This document shows, piece by piece, positions 25,300 through 39,050 of a stretch of DNA of 64,000 bases (its first letter is position 1; every line of letters starts with the position of its first letter). Both the position numbers and the translations under genes were made by a program. This DNA is from Mobula hypostoma. Taxonomy: Eukaryota. The stretch lies in the NCBI RefSeq assembly GCF_963921235.1, contig NC_086097.1:232874001-232938000 (forward strand). The letters are read 5' to 3'. Under the pieces are notes generated by a model. It did no database searches. It saw only the letters and a list, made by a program, of their open reading frames with translations, and was not told the origin of the DNA.

Positions 25300-25585
25300 A
25301 CTAGACACAGTGCTAGATTGAACTAGAACTAAACTGAAACTGAATATGCCTGGACTCTTTTGATTACTTTTGTGGGTTAGTGTTTTATATTCTGTGTTTC
25401 TCGCTTGTTTTTTTCTCGCCGTTTGTGTGTTTTTTTTGTGCACCGTGGGAGTGTTGGGGTCTGATGTTTTTCTCTGAACGGGCTCCTTGTCTTTTCTTTG
25501 TTTCATGGCTGTTTGTGGGAAGACGAACCTCAGAGTTGTATACCACACACATACTTTGATAATAAATGTACTTTGAACTTTGAAA
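25300..25585 (+). mobile_element. LINE-type 3' UTR fragment (family of 11249-11460)
   Basis: tactttgataataaatgtactttgaactttgaa terminus, also seen at ~60190-60340. Confidence 0.6.
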
Positions 25586-26284
25586 TTGCCTGATTTCATA
25601 TAGTGCAAACAGCTGCCTAGGTTCTGATAGTTGTGGTTGAACAATGGGCCAGATTATGATTGATTTGAACCGCTGCCCGTACACCAGAATTCAGTCCTTA
25701 TGGCTGCAGGACTGACCTTGGTCTTGAGATTCATGTCCCGGAAGATGTGCTGGGCCTCAAGTGCCTTGACGTGACCTCTCATGGCTTCATTCCCAGAAAC
25801 ATTACAACAGCTCAGGCTCCTAAATGCTGTTACTGTTTATAGTCGGAGCCAAATAAAAAAGGAATTGATATTTATAATTAAATAAATGCCAACAACTTTT
25901 AAAATATTAAATAATATATTTATTTTGAGTAATTTAAAACATAAATATATGGTGAAACAAAGAAAAACAAACAAAAATATTTCTTTTTAATTAAGACATG
26001 TGACCCCTTTCAAAGGGCTGGCTACTTAAATGGTGTTGAAATGTTATGAAGCTTCCGAGGAATAGAGCTTAGTTTCGTTCATTGGAAAAAACTCAAAGTT
26101 GAGGAGACAAATGCAAAATATATCTGCTTCATTGTGTTATAGAAATCCACTGGACTCAGTGGTAAATCCAGGGAAAAAAGGAGACCTTCACTTCATTCTG
26201 TCCTCCTGTGTTGTGGGTTACCCACAAGGAAGTTCAAAATGTGCAAACCAGGAAGATGCAAGTGGCCAGCAGTTCGCTATCACT

Positions 26285-26592
26285 TCTTCTTGGATCCTCT
26301 CCTCCTTCTCTTTATCCTATGGTCCACTCTCCTCTCCTATCAGATTCCTTCCTCGCCAGCCCTGTACCTTTGTCATCCGCCTGGCTTCACCTATCTCCTT
26401 CGAGCTAGCTTCTTTCCCGTCCCCCCACTGTTTTATTCTGGCATTTTCCCTCTTCTATTTCAGTACTGGAGAAGGTTCCTGGCCTGAAACGTTGACTTTT
26501 TATTTCCACAAATGCTGCCTGACCTGCAGAGCTCCCCCAGCATTTTGTATGTTGCTTTGGATTTCCAGCCTCTGCAGACTCTCATATTTATA
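26285..26592 (+). mobile_element. PLE 3' fragment
   Basis: cagtactggagaaggttcctggcctgaaacgttgact hammerhead remnant and typical terminus. Confidence 0.75.
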
Positions 26593-26669
26593 ATTTGTAG
26601 TTTTCTATACTATAGATTTTATTTCCAAATTTGCTCAATTTGACCTTTGGGTATCTTTCAATTTTCCTT

Positions 26670-28102
26670 ACATAAAAACTGTGCAATACAGGTAGATAGG
26701 GTCATAAAGAAAGCTTTTGGCACATTGGCCTTCATAAATCAATGTATTGAGCACAGGGGATGGGATGTTATGGTGAAGTTGTATAAGACATTGGTGAGGC
26801 CTAATTTGGAGCGCAGTGTGCAGAAGGTCGAGCTTAGGAGGGATAATGGTGCCTAACGGCGACTTTATTGCTTGCATCTTCAGAAACAGCTCTATTTCCA
26901 CCTTTAATATCTTTATTTTTCCCTTTCAGGGTTCTTTTGAAGACCTTGACCTGGAGTTACACGCAGGCTTTGGTTCTTTGCGTTCTCGGGGTTCCACGAC
27001 TGGCCGTTCTTCGGCATGCCAAGGGTTTGGCCTGAGAGACTCGATCATGTTTGGAAGCCTAAGATCTCAGGGCTCTGAAGATGGGTGGATCAAGTGTCGG
27101 AGTCACGGCAGGAGACTTGTTTGTCGTCTGGGAGGCCGGAAAATCTTCGCTGTGGGCCTGAAGACCCGAGGTCTTTGTGATCTTCAGACACAGAGCTCGA
27201 AAAAAGCGATGAAACAGACTTTTAACATCATAAACTAGCAGGTTGTTGTTATGTCTCCCACTGGCTGTGAAAATGTGAGACACCTCCTTCTCCCTTGCCA
27301 GGGAGAGAGAGAACCTGTTGTTTGTTGAATGTCGGATGAAATGCGAAGCTTTTGGGGTCACTTTGGTCTGTGTCTTTGCTATTGCTTAGCACCCACTTGG
27401 ATTCGGTGATAGTACCGATGCGCTTTTTTATCGTTCGCTGCCGCTTACACGCGGGAGGGGGGAGCTGGGGGGGGGGACTTTGGGGTTCTCACGTTTATTC
27501 TTTCCTCTGTTTTCATGGATGTTTGTGAAGAAAAAGCATTTCAGAATGTATATTGTATACATTTCTCTGACATTAAATTTGACCTATGAACCTTTGAACC
27601 TGCAGGAGAGATGTAAACAAGGTTGAAAGAGTGCTGAGAAAATTTACAAGGATGTTGCTGGGTCTGGAGGACCTGATTTATACGGGAGGATTTAATAGGT
27701 TCGGACTTTATTCTTTAAAACGTAGAAGATTGAGAGGAGATTTGATAGAGATATACAAACCTACGAGGGGTTTAGATTGGGTAAATGCAAGCAGGCTTTT
27801 TCCACTGGGGTTGGGTGGAACTACAACCAGAGGCCATGGGTTAAGGGTGAAAGTTGAGAAGTTTAAGGGGAGCATGAGGGGAAACTTCTTTACTCTGAGG
27901 GTTGTGAGAGTGTGGAATGAGATGCCAGCACAAGTGGTGCACGCAAGCTCCATTTCAACATTTAAGAGAAGTTTGGATAGGTACCAGGATAGTAGGGATA
28001 TGGGGGTGGGGGGCTTTGGCTCTGGTGCCGAATGATGGAAGTAGGCAGTTTAAATTGTTTTGGTATGTTTCTGCACTGCAGTTCTCTATGGCTCTATGAC
28101 TC
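26670..28102 (+). mobile_element. CR1 3' fragment split by an insertion at ~26825-27600
   Basis: LYKTLVRPNLE before; ERVLRKFTRMLLGLEDL..RLRGDLIEIYK..TRGHGLRV after; ctatg tail. Confidence 0.8.
26825..27600 (+). mobile_element. Unclassified ~770-bp non-coding retroposon
   Basis: Interrupts a CR1 frame; CpG-rich; ends attaaa plus (tgaacct)n. Confidence 0.6.
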
Positions 28103-28184
28103 TGGTTCTTTGAATGATTCTGTGTCTTTTCCCACCCACCGGCACTTGTGATTGGTTATCCTTCAGATGGGCGCCATGGAAGTG

Positions 28185-28475
28185 CAGTGGACAGTGCGGT
28201 GCTATTACGACTCAGGCCAACAGAGTTCAGAATTTAATTCTGCCTGTCATCTGGAAGGAGTCTGTATGTCCTCCCCGTGGAAGGCATGGGCTTCCCTTGG
28301 CTGTTTAGGCTTCCTCCCACGGTCCAAAGACATACCAGCTCAGTCAGTTGGTCATTGTAAATTGTCTCATGATTGGGTCAGGGTTAAATTGGGATTGTCG
28401 AGGTTGCTGGGGCGGCATGGCTTGAAGGGCCAGAAGGTCCTACTCCGCACTGTATTGCTAAGTAAATAAATAAAT
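28185..28475 (+). mobile_element. V-SINE/HE1-like SINE
   Basis: tRNA-like head remnant, V-domain, (taaa)n tail. Confidence 0.65.
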
Positions 28476-28487
28476 GCTCATGAGGTG

Positions 28488-28665
28488 TTCACAGACAAGA
28501 GAAAATCTGCAGATGCTGGAAACCCAAAGCAACACACACAAAATGCTGGAGGAACTTACCAATCCAGGCAGCATCTCTGGAAAAGGTTAAGCAGTCGATA
28601 TTTCGGGCTGAGACCCTTCTTCATGACTGAGAAAGGGGTGGGGGGAAATGCCAGAATAAAAATTC
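28488..28665 (-). mobile_element. PLE end with hammerhead motif (core C3 mutated)
   Basis: 28592-28629 reads CAGUC AUGAAGA agggucucagccc GAAAU AUC GACUG. Confidence 0.75.
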
Positions 28666-28679
28666 TGACAAAAGGCAGA

Positions 28680-28852
28680 CAGTCTTAGAAGAGCATTGAT
28701 AATGCTGTGGTCACCTGTCTTGTAGAGACACTGCCTAGAAGGAGGCCATGGTAAACCATTTCTGTAGGGAAATTTGTCAAGAACAATCCTGGTTATGGAG
28801 ACGATGATCACCCATGTCACATGTCCCGGCACATAATGATGGTGATGACGAT
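28680..28852 (+). mobile_element. RTE-related SINE 3' part
   Basis: ggccatggtaaaccatttct...tttgtcaagaa block typical of RTE-mobilised SINEs; (gat)n tail. Confidence 0.5.
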
Positions 28853-29044
28853 TTCACCATCTGAGAACTCTGGTTCTCCTTTGGAAAAAGGGGATTTGCA
28901 AGAAAAGCGAGAATGGCCTTTGAGGCCTGTTCAGCCATTCATCATCGTGACCACCTACTTTTGTAACATTTTCCTTAACTATCCTCTTAAAATCCCTTAA
29001 TTCCCTTTACATACTTATGTTTCTTGTTGAAAGTTACCAGATCA

Positions 29045-29472
29045 TGACCATGAGACATAGGAACAGAATTAGGCCATTTAGCCCATTGATTCTGTTTTAT
29101 CATTTAATCAATGTTGATTTATTTTCTCTCTCACCCCCAATCTCCTGCCTTTTCCCTGTAACCTTTGACACCCTTACACATCAACCTCACCTTTAAATAT
29201 ATATTCAATGACTTGGCCTTCACAGCAATCTGTGGCAATGAATTCCACAGATTCACCACCCTCTGGCTTGAAAAAGTTCCTCTTCACCTCTGTTCTAAAG
29301 TGACATCCTTTTAATTTAATACTGTGCCCTCTGGTCCTGGACTCTCCCATTATTGGAAAAATCCTCTCCGTGTCCACTCTATCCAGGCCTTTCAATATTC
29401 GGTAGGTTTCAATGAGAGCCTCCCTCACTCTTCTAAACTCCAGTGAGTACATGGCCAGAACCATCAAACGTT
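29045..29472 (-). mobile_element. CR1 3' fragment
   Basis: YSLEFRRVREALIETYRILKGLDRVD..SRTRGHS. Confidence 0.85.
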
Positions 29473-29836
29473 CTGTGATTTATGTGGAACTGCGATTACA
29501 ACAGTGTAATGCAGGAGAGTTTAAATTCAACAATATAATCTCATACACACTTAATTAAACACCTGGGTGTAGGAAAGCAATGCTTACAAAATACTGGAGC
29601 AACTTAGCAGGTCAAGCAGCATCTATGGAGGGAAATAAACAGTTAATGTTTCGGGCTAAGATCTTTAATTGAAGAACCCTTTATGTTAACAACCAACACA
29701 ACCCAAGGATGTGCTGAGGATGGCTCACAGGCATCGCCAAACTTTATGGCAGCAACATAACATGTCCACAAAGACAATAATGATTTTGCTTTCTCGATGA
29801 TGACACGTTGTCGCAGGTAAGCGTTATCCATCATCA

Positions 29837-30832
29837 AGCCTCCAACCTGACGGCATGAACATTGATTTCTTGAACTTCCAGTAATTGACACCCCCTCCTC
29901 TCCTTCACCATTCCCCATTCCCATTTCCCTCTCTCACCTTATCTCCTTACCTGCCTATCACCTCCCTCTAGTGCTCCTCCCCCTTCCCTTTCTTCCATGG
30001 TCTCCTACCAGATTCCTCCTTCTCCAGCCCTTTATCTCTTTCACCAATCACCATACTGGGAGTACTGTGTCCATTTCTGGTCGCCTCACTATAGGAAGGA
30101 TGTGGAAGCATTGGAAAGGGTACAGAGGAGATTTACCAGGATGCTGCCTGGTTTAGAGAGTATGCATTATGATCAGAGATTAAAGGAGCTAGGGCTTTAC
30201 TCTTTGGAGAGAAGGAGGATGAGAGGAGACATGATAGAGGTGTACAAGATAATAAGAGGAATAGGTAGAGTGGATAGCCAGCGCCTCTTCCCCAGGACAC
30301 CATTGCTCAATACAAGAGGACATGGCTGTAAGGTAAGGGGTGGGAAGTTCAAGGGGGATATTAGAGGAAGGTTTTTTACTCAGAGAGTGGTTAGTGCGTG
30401 GAATGCACTGCCTGAGTCAGTGGTGGAGGCAGATACACTCGTGAAGTTTAAGAGACTACTAGACAGGTATATGGAGGAATTTAAGTTGGGGGCTTATATG
30501 GGAGGCAGGGTTTGAGGGTCGGCACAACATTGTGGGCCGAAGGGCCTGTACTGTGCTGTACTATTCTATGTTCTATGTTCTATCCCAGCTCTTTATTTCA
30601 CCCCTCCCCCTCTTCCCGTTTGATCTATCATCTTCTACTTTGTACTACTTCCTCCCCTCTTCCCACCTTTTAATTCTGATTTCTTCCCTTCCTTTTCAGC
30701 CCTGATGAAGGGTCTCGGCCCGAAATGTTGGATGTTTACTCTTTTCCGTAGATGCTGCCTGGCCTGCTGAGGTCCTCCAGCATTTTGCGTGTGTTGCTTG
30801 GATTTCCAGTATCTGCTGATTTTCTCGTGTTC
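29837..30832 (+). mobile_element. PLE 3' fragment split by a CR1 insertion
   Basis: agcctccaacctgacggcatgaacattg ORF end; UTR resumes at ~30584; cctgatgaagggtctcggcccgaaa at 30701-30725; an inverted PLE end lies upstream at ~29575-29670. Confidence 0.8.
30051..30583 (+). mobile_element. Young 5'-truncated CR1 insertion
   Basis: Open frame [31 protein letters not shown]... to stop at 30515; clean (ttctatg)n tail. Confidence 0.9.
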
Positions 30833-30839
30833 TCTTCCT

Positions 30840-31190
30840 GCGGCTGTCATCATGAAGAAGATACAGGAGTCTCGGTACACCAACAGGTTCAGGATCAGTT
30901 ACTACCCCTCAGCTATCGGGGTCTTAAACCAGACGTGATAACTTCGCTTGACTCATCACTGACCTATTCCCACAACCTATGGACTCATTTTCAAGGACTC
31001 TTCATCTCATGTCCTTGATATTTATTTATGTACATACGTGTGTATTTATTATTATTAAGAATTCTTTTTGCTCTTTCTTGTAATTGCACAATTTATTGTT
31101 TTTCATTTTGTATATTGGTTATTTGTTTGTCCTGTTGGGTGTGGTCTTTCATTGACTCTATCACATTTCTTATAATTACTGTCATTGTTG
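30840..31190 (+). mobile_element. Rex1/Babar-like 3' fragment
   Basis: RRYRSLGTPTGSGS-like degenerate C-terminus; homologous to the reverse complement of 15020-15230. Confidence 0.55.
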
Positions 31191-32184
31191 TGGACTAGGA
31201 GTGGGAAGGGGGAAGAGGAAGAAGGGAATCATGGTTCGGAAAAGGGGAGGGGAAAAATGGAGAGGGGAGGGAGCAGGATGCCTCCAAGAGACATTCTGTA
31301 ATGATCAGTAAACTAATTATTTGGAAGCAAATTACCTTGCCTAGTGTCTCAGATCTAGGTCTTTCTGTATCTGTACCACCCCCTGCCCTGGGGATTCCTT
31401 CTCTGTCACCTGCGTTTCACTCTCACCATTCCCAACATATTTTGCCCCCGCCAGATTTACAAACCCACTCTCTGTTCCACATTGACAAATACAGTATTCT
31501 GCAAGAGTCTTAGGCACCCTAGCTATATATATGTGCCTAAGACTTTTCCACAGTACAATATGTACTTTAAGGTTGTTGTGAAAATGAAGGAATCTTTAAA
31601 CCTTGTTTTATAAGCAGAACAAGATATTCTGGCTATGAAAAAATGTTCAGCTTTTAAGAATCAGCTTTCAGGTCACGTAACTAACTAAAGAAAGAGCTGA
31701 TATAAATATGAGCCTAATAAATGATTGATAATAAAGAATATTTTAAAGTTAAAATAAAACAAATGGCGACAGTACCTGTTATTTGTATCTCTGCCAGTGA
31801 AAAATACATAGTCTAAGTAACAGATGCTAAACAGAGGCTGACAAAAATATGATAACAATTGCACCCAGAGAATAGTAAATAGTTCGCACTAGACCTCAGC
31901 TCCGTTTTCAGATAAATCTCCTCAATAAACAATGAGAAACATATGGGACTGGATTTTCCACTTGGCGGGTGGTAGAGATGCTTCAGTGATAAATGCTCCT
32001 GTAGTATCAATGTTATAATTTTGCAGAATTCTCCATCAGTGAGGTGACAAAATGTTCTCGTCATAAATTTCACTGGATTTCCAAACTCTAACTGTAAAAA
32101 GTGCATCAATTTGAACTAATCAGTATTTTCGCCTGAACAGACTTCTTGTTGCGCACAAAGAAATAGAAATAATGTATAAAATTC

Positions 32185-32810
32185 AGCAACACACACAAAA
32201 TGCTGGAGGAACTCAGCAGGCCAGGCAGCATCTATGGAAAAGAGTACAGTCGATGTTTCGGGCCAAGACCCTCAGGCAGGACTGGAGAGAAAAGGCTGAG
32301 GAGTAGATTTAAAAGGAGGGGAAGGGAAGAGAGAAACATCAGGTGACAGGTGAAACCTGGAGAGGTAGGGATGAAGTAAAAAGCCGGAAAGTTTGTTTGG
32401 AGAAAGAGACATGAGGCCATGGAAGAAAGAAAAGGGGGGAGGAGCACCAGGGGGAGGCGATGGGTGGGCAAGGAGATAAGGTGAGAGAGGGAAAGGGGAT
32501 GGGGAATGGTGAAGAGGGAAGGAGGGAGGAGGGGCATTACCGGAAGTTAGAGAAATCGATGTTCATGCCATCAGATTGGAGGCTACCCAAACTGAATATA
32601 AGGTGTTGTTCCTCCAGCCTAAGTGTGGCCTCTTCACAACAGTGGAGGAGGCTGTGGATGGACATATTGGGATGGGAATGGGAAGTGGAATTAAAATGGG
32701 TGGCCTTTGGGAGATCCCACCTGTACTGGTTGATGGGGCATAGGTGCTCGGCGAAGCGGTCTCGCAATCCAGGTTGGGTGTCACCGATATAGAGGAGGCC
32801 ACATTTGTAT
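32185..32810 (-). mobile_element. PLE 3' fragment with GIY-YIG endonuclease half
   Basis: CGLLYIGDT..LRDRFAEHL..HFNS..LEEQHLIFSLGSLQSDGMN (YIG, Arg, His, Glu and terminal Asn motifs). Confidence 0.85.
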
Positions 32811-33114
32811 TCCACAAGGAGTGCAGGGTAGGATTCTTATACCTAAGAATATAAAATATTGAATATTACTCCATTGCTGCTATAATACAAATGACAATTT
32901 TTGTAGCTATTGTAATATTCCTGACTTGCTAACAGAATTGGAAAGCCTAATCAACTAACTGCACAAATTAATTCTGTAATAGGTATATTTCTATAACACT
33001 TTCAGGAAATTCCTCTAATGCAAACTTCAACTTTTCTGATTTCAATGTGAATCTGACATTTTCTGTTAATGAACTGTGGAGTCTAGGCAGCAGGTAGGCT
33101 GATCAGCCAATCAT

Positions 33115-33800
33115 ATAAGACCATAGGACATAAGAACAGAATTAGGCCATTTGGCCTTCTGACTCTGCTCTGCCATTCCACATGACTGAATTATTAACAC
33201 TTACAACCCCATTCTCTTGCTTTCACCCTGTAATCTTTGACACTATGACTACTCAAGAACCTATCAACCTCCACTCCTAGTTTACTCAATGACTTGGCCT
33301 CCACAGCCGTTCATGGCATTGAATTTCACAGATTCACCAACCTGTGGATACAGAAATTCCTCCTCCTCTCTGTTCTAAATGGATGTCCCTCTATTCTGAG
33401 GCTGTCCTTTCTGGTCCTAGATTCACCCATTATAGAAAACATCCTCTCCATATCCACTCTGTCTATGTCTTTTTATATTCAATTGGTTTCAATGCAATCC
33501 TCTGCCTCATTCTTCCAATCACCAGTGAGCCCAATCCCAGAGCCATCAAATGCTCCTCATACGTTAACCCTTTCATTCCCGGAATCAATCTCATGAGCCT
33601 CCTTTGAACCCTCTCCAATGTCAGCACGTCTTTTCTAGATACGGTGCCAAAACCTGCTCACAATACTCCAAGTGCAGTCTGACCAATGCCTTATAGAGCC
33701 TCAGCATTACAACTATGCTTTTCTAGTCCTTTTGGAATTAAGGTGAACATTGCATTTGCCATCTTAACCACTGACTCAACCTGCAAGTGAACCTTCAGAA
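33115..33800 (-). mobile_element. CR1 3' fragment
   Basis: Homologous to 22505-23000 and 29045-29472. Confidence 0.8.
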
Positions 33801-33940
33801 GTCACCTCATGAATTCAGTACAAAGTTTATGGTGGTCATTTACCAGAAAAAGTGTGATTAACAAAGTACTTATAAGTTCTCTTTGTTTCATTGGCCATCA
33901 GCAAGTAGCCGCTGATCTTCTCTAGCCCCAACTTAAATAC

Positions 33941-34757
33941 GAAGTTAGAGAAATCGATGTTCATGCCATCAGGTTGGAGGCAACATCTAGGTTGGAGACC
34001 TTCAAGGCGAGGTAACACTTCACCTGAAAATCTGCTGAGGTTGTCTACAGTATCTGCTGCTCCCAATGCAGCCTCCTCTACATTGATGAGACCCACTGTA
34101 GATTGGGGAACAGCTTTGTCGAGCACCTTGGCTTCATCCACAATAAGCCAGATTTCCTAGTGGCCAACCATTTTAATTCCAAACCCCATTCCCATTCCAA
34201 CATGTCAGTCCTCTACTGCCACAATGAGGCCACTCTCAGGCTGGAGGAGCAGTACCCCATACTGTGTCTGGGTAGCCTCCAACCTGATGGCATGAACGTC
34301 GATTTCTCTCACTTCCAGAAAATTTTCCCCATCCCCGTTCTCTCTTCTTCCAATCCCCAGTCTGGCTTCCCTCTCATCTCATTTCTTCTCTTCACTTGCC
34401 TATCACCTCTCCCTGGTGCCTTCCTTCTTCCTTTTTTCCTGTGGCCCGCTCTCCTCTCCTATTAGATTGCTTCTTCTCCAGCTCTTACCTTTCCCGCCTA
34501 TAACTTCCCTGCTTCTTACTTCCTTCCCCACACACTTTGCTTCACCTATCACCTTCTAGCTCGTACTGCATCCTCTCCTCCTGCCTTTTTATTCTGCATT
34601 TTTTCCTTTCCTTTCCAATCCTAATGAAGGGCCTTGGACTGCAACTTTGACTGTATATTTCTTTCCATAAATGCTGCCTGACCTGCTGAGCTCCTCCAGA
34701 GTTTTGGATGCATTCCTCAAGATTTCCAGCATCTGCAGAATCTCTTGTGTTTATAAC
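33941..34757 (+). mobile_element. PLE fragment with a short inverted 5' piece
   Basis: VVYSICCSQCSLLYIDET..RLGNSFVEH GIY-YIG; 33941-33980 is an inverted copy of the ORF end. Confidence 0.8.
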
Positions 34758-34759
34758 CT

Positions 34760-35912
34760 TGGAAAAGGTTCTCCATGCGAGGCTCATTCAGAAAGTGAGG
34801 CATGGGATCTAAGGAGACCTTGCTTTGTGGATCCAGAATTGGCTTGACCACAGAAAGAAAAGGGTAGTTGTGGATAGTTCATATTCTGCATGGAGGTTGG
34901 TGACCAGTGCTGTTCCACTGGGATCTGTTCTGGAACTCTTCCTCTTTGTGATTTTTATAAATGACCTGGATGAAGAAGTAGAAGGGTGGGTTAGTAAGTT
35001 TGCTGATGACACAAAGGTTGGGGGTGTTGTGGATAGTCTGGAGGATTGTCAGAGATTACAGCGGGATATCAATAGGATGCAGAACTGGGCTAAGAAGTGG
35101 CAGATGGAGTTCAACCCAGATAAGTGTGAAGTAGTTCATTTCAGTAGGTCAAATTTGAAGACAGAATATAATATTAATGATAAGACTCCTGGCAGTGTGG
35201 AGGATCAGTGAGATCGTCAGTCCATGTCCATAGGACACTCAAAGCTGCTGCACAGATTAACAGTGTTGTTAAGAAGGCGTATGGTGTGTTGGCCTTCATC
35301 AACCGTGGGATTAAGTTCAAGAGCTATGAGGTAATGTTACAGCTATATAACACTTTAGTTAGACCCCACTTGGAGTACTGTGTTCAGTTCTAGTCACTTC
35401 ATTACAGGGAAGATGTGGATGCTATAGAGAGAGTGCAGAGGACATTTACAAGGATGTTGCCTGGATTGGAGAGCATGCCTCTTGAGAATAGGTTGAGTGA
35501 ACTTGGCATTTTCTCCTTCGAGTGACAGTGGATAAGAGGTGACCTGCTAGAGGTGTATTCGATGATGAGAGGCATTGATCGTGTAGATAGCCAGAGTCTT
35601 TTTCCCAGGGCTGAAATGGCTAACACAAGGGGACAGAGTTTTAAGGGGCTTGGAAGTAGGTAAAAAGGAGATGTCAGAAATAAGTTTTTCACACAGAGAG
35701 TGGTGAGTGCATGGAATTCATTGCCAGCAACGGTGGTAGAGGTGGCTACAATAGGGTCTTTTAAGAAACTCTTAGATAGGTACATGGAGCTTTGAAAAAT
35801 AGAGGGCTATGCGGTAGGGGAATTCTAGGCAGCTTCTAGAATAAGTTACATGGTTGGCACAACATTCTGGGCTGAAGGGCCTGTAATGTGCTGTAGATTT
35901 TCTATGTTTCTA
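34760..35912 (+). mobile_element. CR1 RT and 3' end, disabled
   Basis: VPLGSVL..INDLDEEVEGWVSKFADDTK; stop codons; ttctatg tail. Confidence 0.9.
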
Positions 35913-36262
35913 TAATATGAAATTAATATTAGAATTCTTACCTGCATGCCAGGCTACTTCATGGATCACGGAATGCTGAGCAGATCTCATCTTCTGCACA
36001 GTGTTAATCTATTTATTATATTTAGTCAAATCAAAAGATACATTTTTTGTTTGACATTTAATGCTGCTGTCTCGGTGCAGTCTTCCCTGGGTCTGAGATT
36101 ATATGCTTCAGCTAGCATGGAGCATGAATTTACTGTCTTGTGACTCCAGTAATAAACTGATGAATAGCCTGTGAGATATTTCCATAGGGTGAGCGGTGAA
36201 GTAACGTGCCTGCATCTCCTTGACTTACACCTGCATACTGCACGATTTATGAGGGCCAGTGT

Positions 36263-36800
36263 CATAGAATCATAGAGTCATAGAAAAACATAGCACCCTT
36301 TGGCCCATCTAATCTATACTGAACCATTTAAACTGCCTTCTCCCATCGACATACACCTGGACCATAGCCCTCTATATTCCTCCCATCTATGTACCTATCC
36401 AAACTCCTTTTAAATGTCCAATCAAAGCTGCATCCACCATTTGCCTTGGCAGCTCGTTCCATACTCTCACCAATCTCTGAGTGAAGAGGATTACTCTCAC
36501 GTTCCCCTTAAACATTTCACCTTTCACCCTCAACCCATGACCTCTGCTTGTAGTCTCACCCAACCTCAGTGGAAAAAGCTAGCTTGCATTTACCCTATCT
36601 CAACCCCTCATAATTTTTTGTACCTATATTAAATTTCCCCTCCATCTTCTACATGCGAGGGAATAAAGTTCTAATCTATTCAATCATTCCTTATAACTCA
36701 GGTCCTCCAGTCCTGGCAACACCCTTGTAAATTTTCTCTGTACTGTTTCAATCTTATTTACATCTTTCCTGTAGGTAGGTGACCAAATGTGAATACAAGA
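36263..36800 (-). mobile_element. CR1 3' fragment
   Basis: (catagaat/catagagt) tail; homologous to 27600-28100. Confidence 0.8.
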
Positions 36801-36995
36801 ACTCAGCATTGAAACCAGGTCCCAGGAAAGCTTTTATAGCTGGTTAAGCCAGTGAGATCTAATATCTCTGACATTAATATGCATGGCGACTTTATTAATC
36901 TGACATTCTTGGTGATGCTGTACTGATAAATTTTACAGAATTTTGGATTGTTATTTAAATCAATACTTCAAGTAATTTTAATTCTTTTTAAAAGA

Positions 36996-37506
36996 TGTTA
37001 TACAGTGCAGTATAATAACGTTTTAAATGAATCTGCTAAATTCAAGGAAACACCGAAGGCTGGACCTTGAGATGTTAGGGGACGAAGAACTGGGACACAT
37101 GTATTAAAAGGAGCATTGGAACATGGGCCCGGTTGTGTCATTGGTAGCACAGAAAACAAGGCCTTGTTATTTAAAAGCAGTGGGGAAGCTAGACCTCTGT
37201 GTGTTAGAGGGAGTGTCAGAACGAGGTCCATGGTGTGTTAACTCAAGTCTGGGATCTAGGGTCCTATTATGTTAAAGGAAACAGGAGGAACTTGAGTCCT
37301 GGTGGGTGAAATGGAACACAGAACCTGGGACCTGGTGTGTCAGAGTGAGTTTGTAAACACGGAACCCATGTGTGAAAGAGAGCGAGGGAACAAAAGCCCT
37401 GGTGAGTGGGAGCCAACACCTAGTGAGTTGGATGCTGATCCAGTATGCTTGCCTAACTACGAGATAGTGTAGTATTGGAACACGCAAATCTATTAAAAAT
37501 GTAACA
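36996..37506. mobile_element. Possible solo LTR
   Basis: GC-richer 511-bp block bounded by TGTTA...TAACA in AT-rich flanks; no TSD seen. Confidence 0.35.
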
Positions 37507-38409
37507 CTATCGTGAAAACTAATTACTAAAGATTTTTTAAAAATAATACAAAAACACTAAAAAAAAGAAAATAGTTTTCAGATTAAGATCGAATTCAGAT
37601 TTGTTTATCACATGTACATTGAAATATAGAGTGAAATACATCACTTGCATTAACAACCAGTACAGCCAAGGATGTACTGGGTGCAGCCTGGAAATGTCAA
37701 TGATTCGATGGATCAAGTTAATTTCAGGGAATGTATAGAGTATACAACCTAAAATTCTTACTCTCCACAGACATGCACGAAACAGAAAAAAAACCTAAAA
37801 ATTAAAAACAGAAAAATGTTACAACCCCAAAGACCCCAACCTGCCACATATTCTGGCTGTAATTTGATAACAGTATGATATATTTAAGGTAACTAAACTA
37901 ATTTTATAAAGTGTAAGTTACCTGACATCTATTTCATTTGGAATTATTCCTCTTTAAAATGCATGAAGCCATTAAACCAGATTCATTACCTAGACTTCCA
38001 GCATAACATCTGGAAATCGGCAGGGAGCTGGACCTTGTCATTGGACCTCAATACATTTATCTTAGAGGCACTGAGTTATAATGTTAATTCTCTTTTGATA
38101 CTTGTGTCAGTGTCAACCAATGAATGTGTGTACTGCCTGGGTGAGGCATGGAGCTAGATAAAACTGGAAAGGCCCCAGGTTTGCTTTCAATTGCCAGTAC
38201 TCTATTAATCTTTAGTAGTGACGGCGGAGATGCATAATTAACCTCAGTCACCGTTCTCTAAAAGTAGGAAATAGCAACCAAGATTCCAGTATCACTTTGC
38301 CATCCTGTGTGTATACTTTAATATAGCAGAGAAGCTGAGGGAGCCTGTTGAACGCACTATTCAGGTCTCTGTGAGAAGTGTAAGGTACCATTCTGCAGCA
38401 ACAACATTA

Positions 38410-39050
38410 CTGCTTAGTTTCAACCCTTCGGCCCATGATGTAGTACTGACCTTTTAACCCATTTTAAGATCAATCTTAGCCCACATAATCCTTCATTTTT
38501 TATCATCCATGTGCCTATCTAAATGTTTCTTAAATGCCACCAATGCATCTGCCTCTATCATCGCCCATGGCAGGGCATTCCACTCACCCACAACTCTCTG
38601 TGTAGAGAGCTTCACTCTGACATCCCCTTTATATTTTCCTCCAATCTCCTTAAAATTATGACACCCCCGTATTATCTATTTTCATCCTGAAAAAAAAACA
38701 AAGCACTGGCTATCCCGTCTTTCTTTGCTTCTTATCATCTTGTACACCTATATCAAGTCACACTTCATCCTTCTTTGCACCATAGAAAAAAGCCGTAGCT
38801 CACTCATCGTATCTTCGTATAAGACATGACCTTTCGTCCAGGTAGCATCCTGGTAAATCTCCTCTGCACTCTCTCTAAAGCTTTTACATCCTTCCTATAA
38901 TGAGGCGATCAGTACAGAACACAATATTCCAAGTATACTCTAATCAGCGTTTTATAGAGCTGTGACTTTACCTGACAGCTATAGAACACAATCCTCTGAC
39001 TAATGAACACCGACATACCATGTACCTTCTTAACAACCTTATTGACTTAC
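38410..39050 (-). mobile_element. Old CR1 3' fragment
   Basis: Degenerate reverse complement of 35300-35900. Confidence 0.7.
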
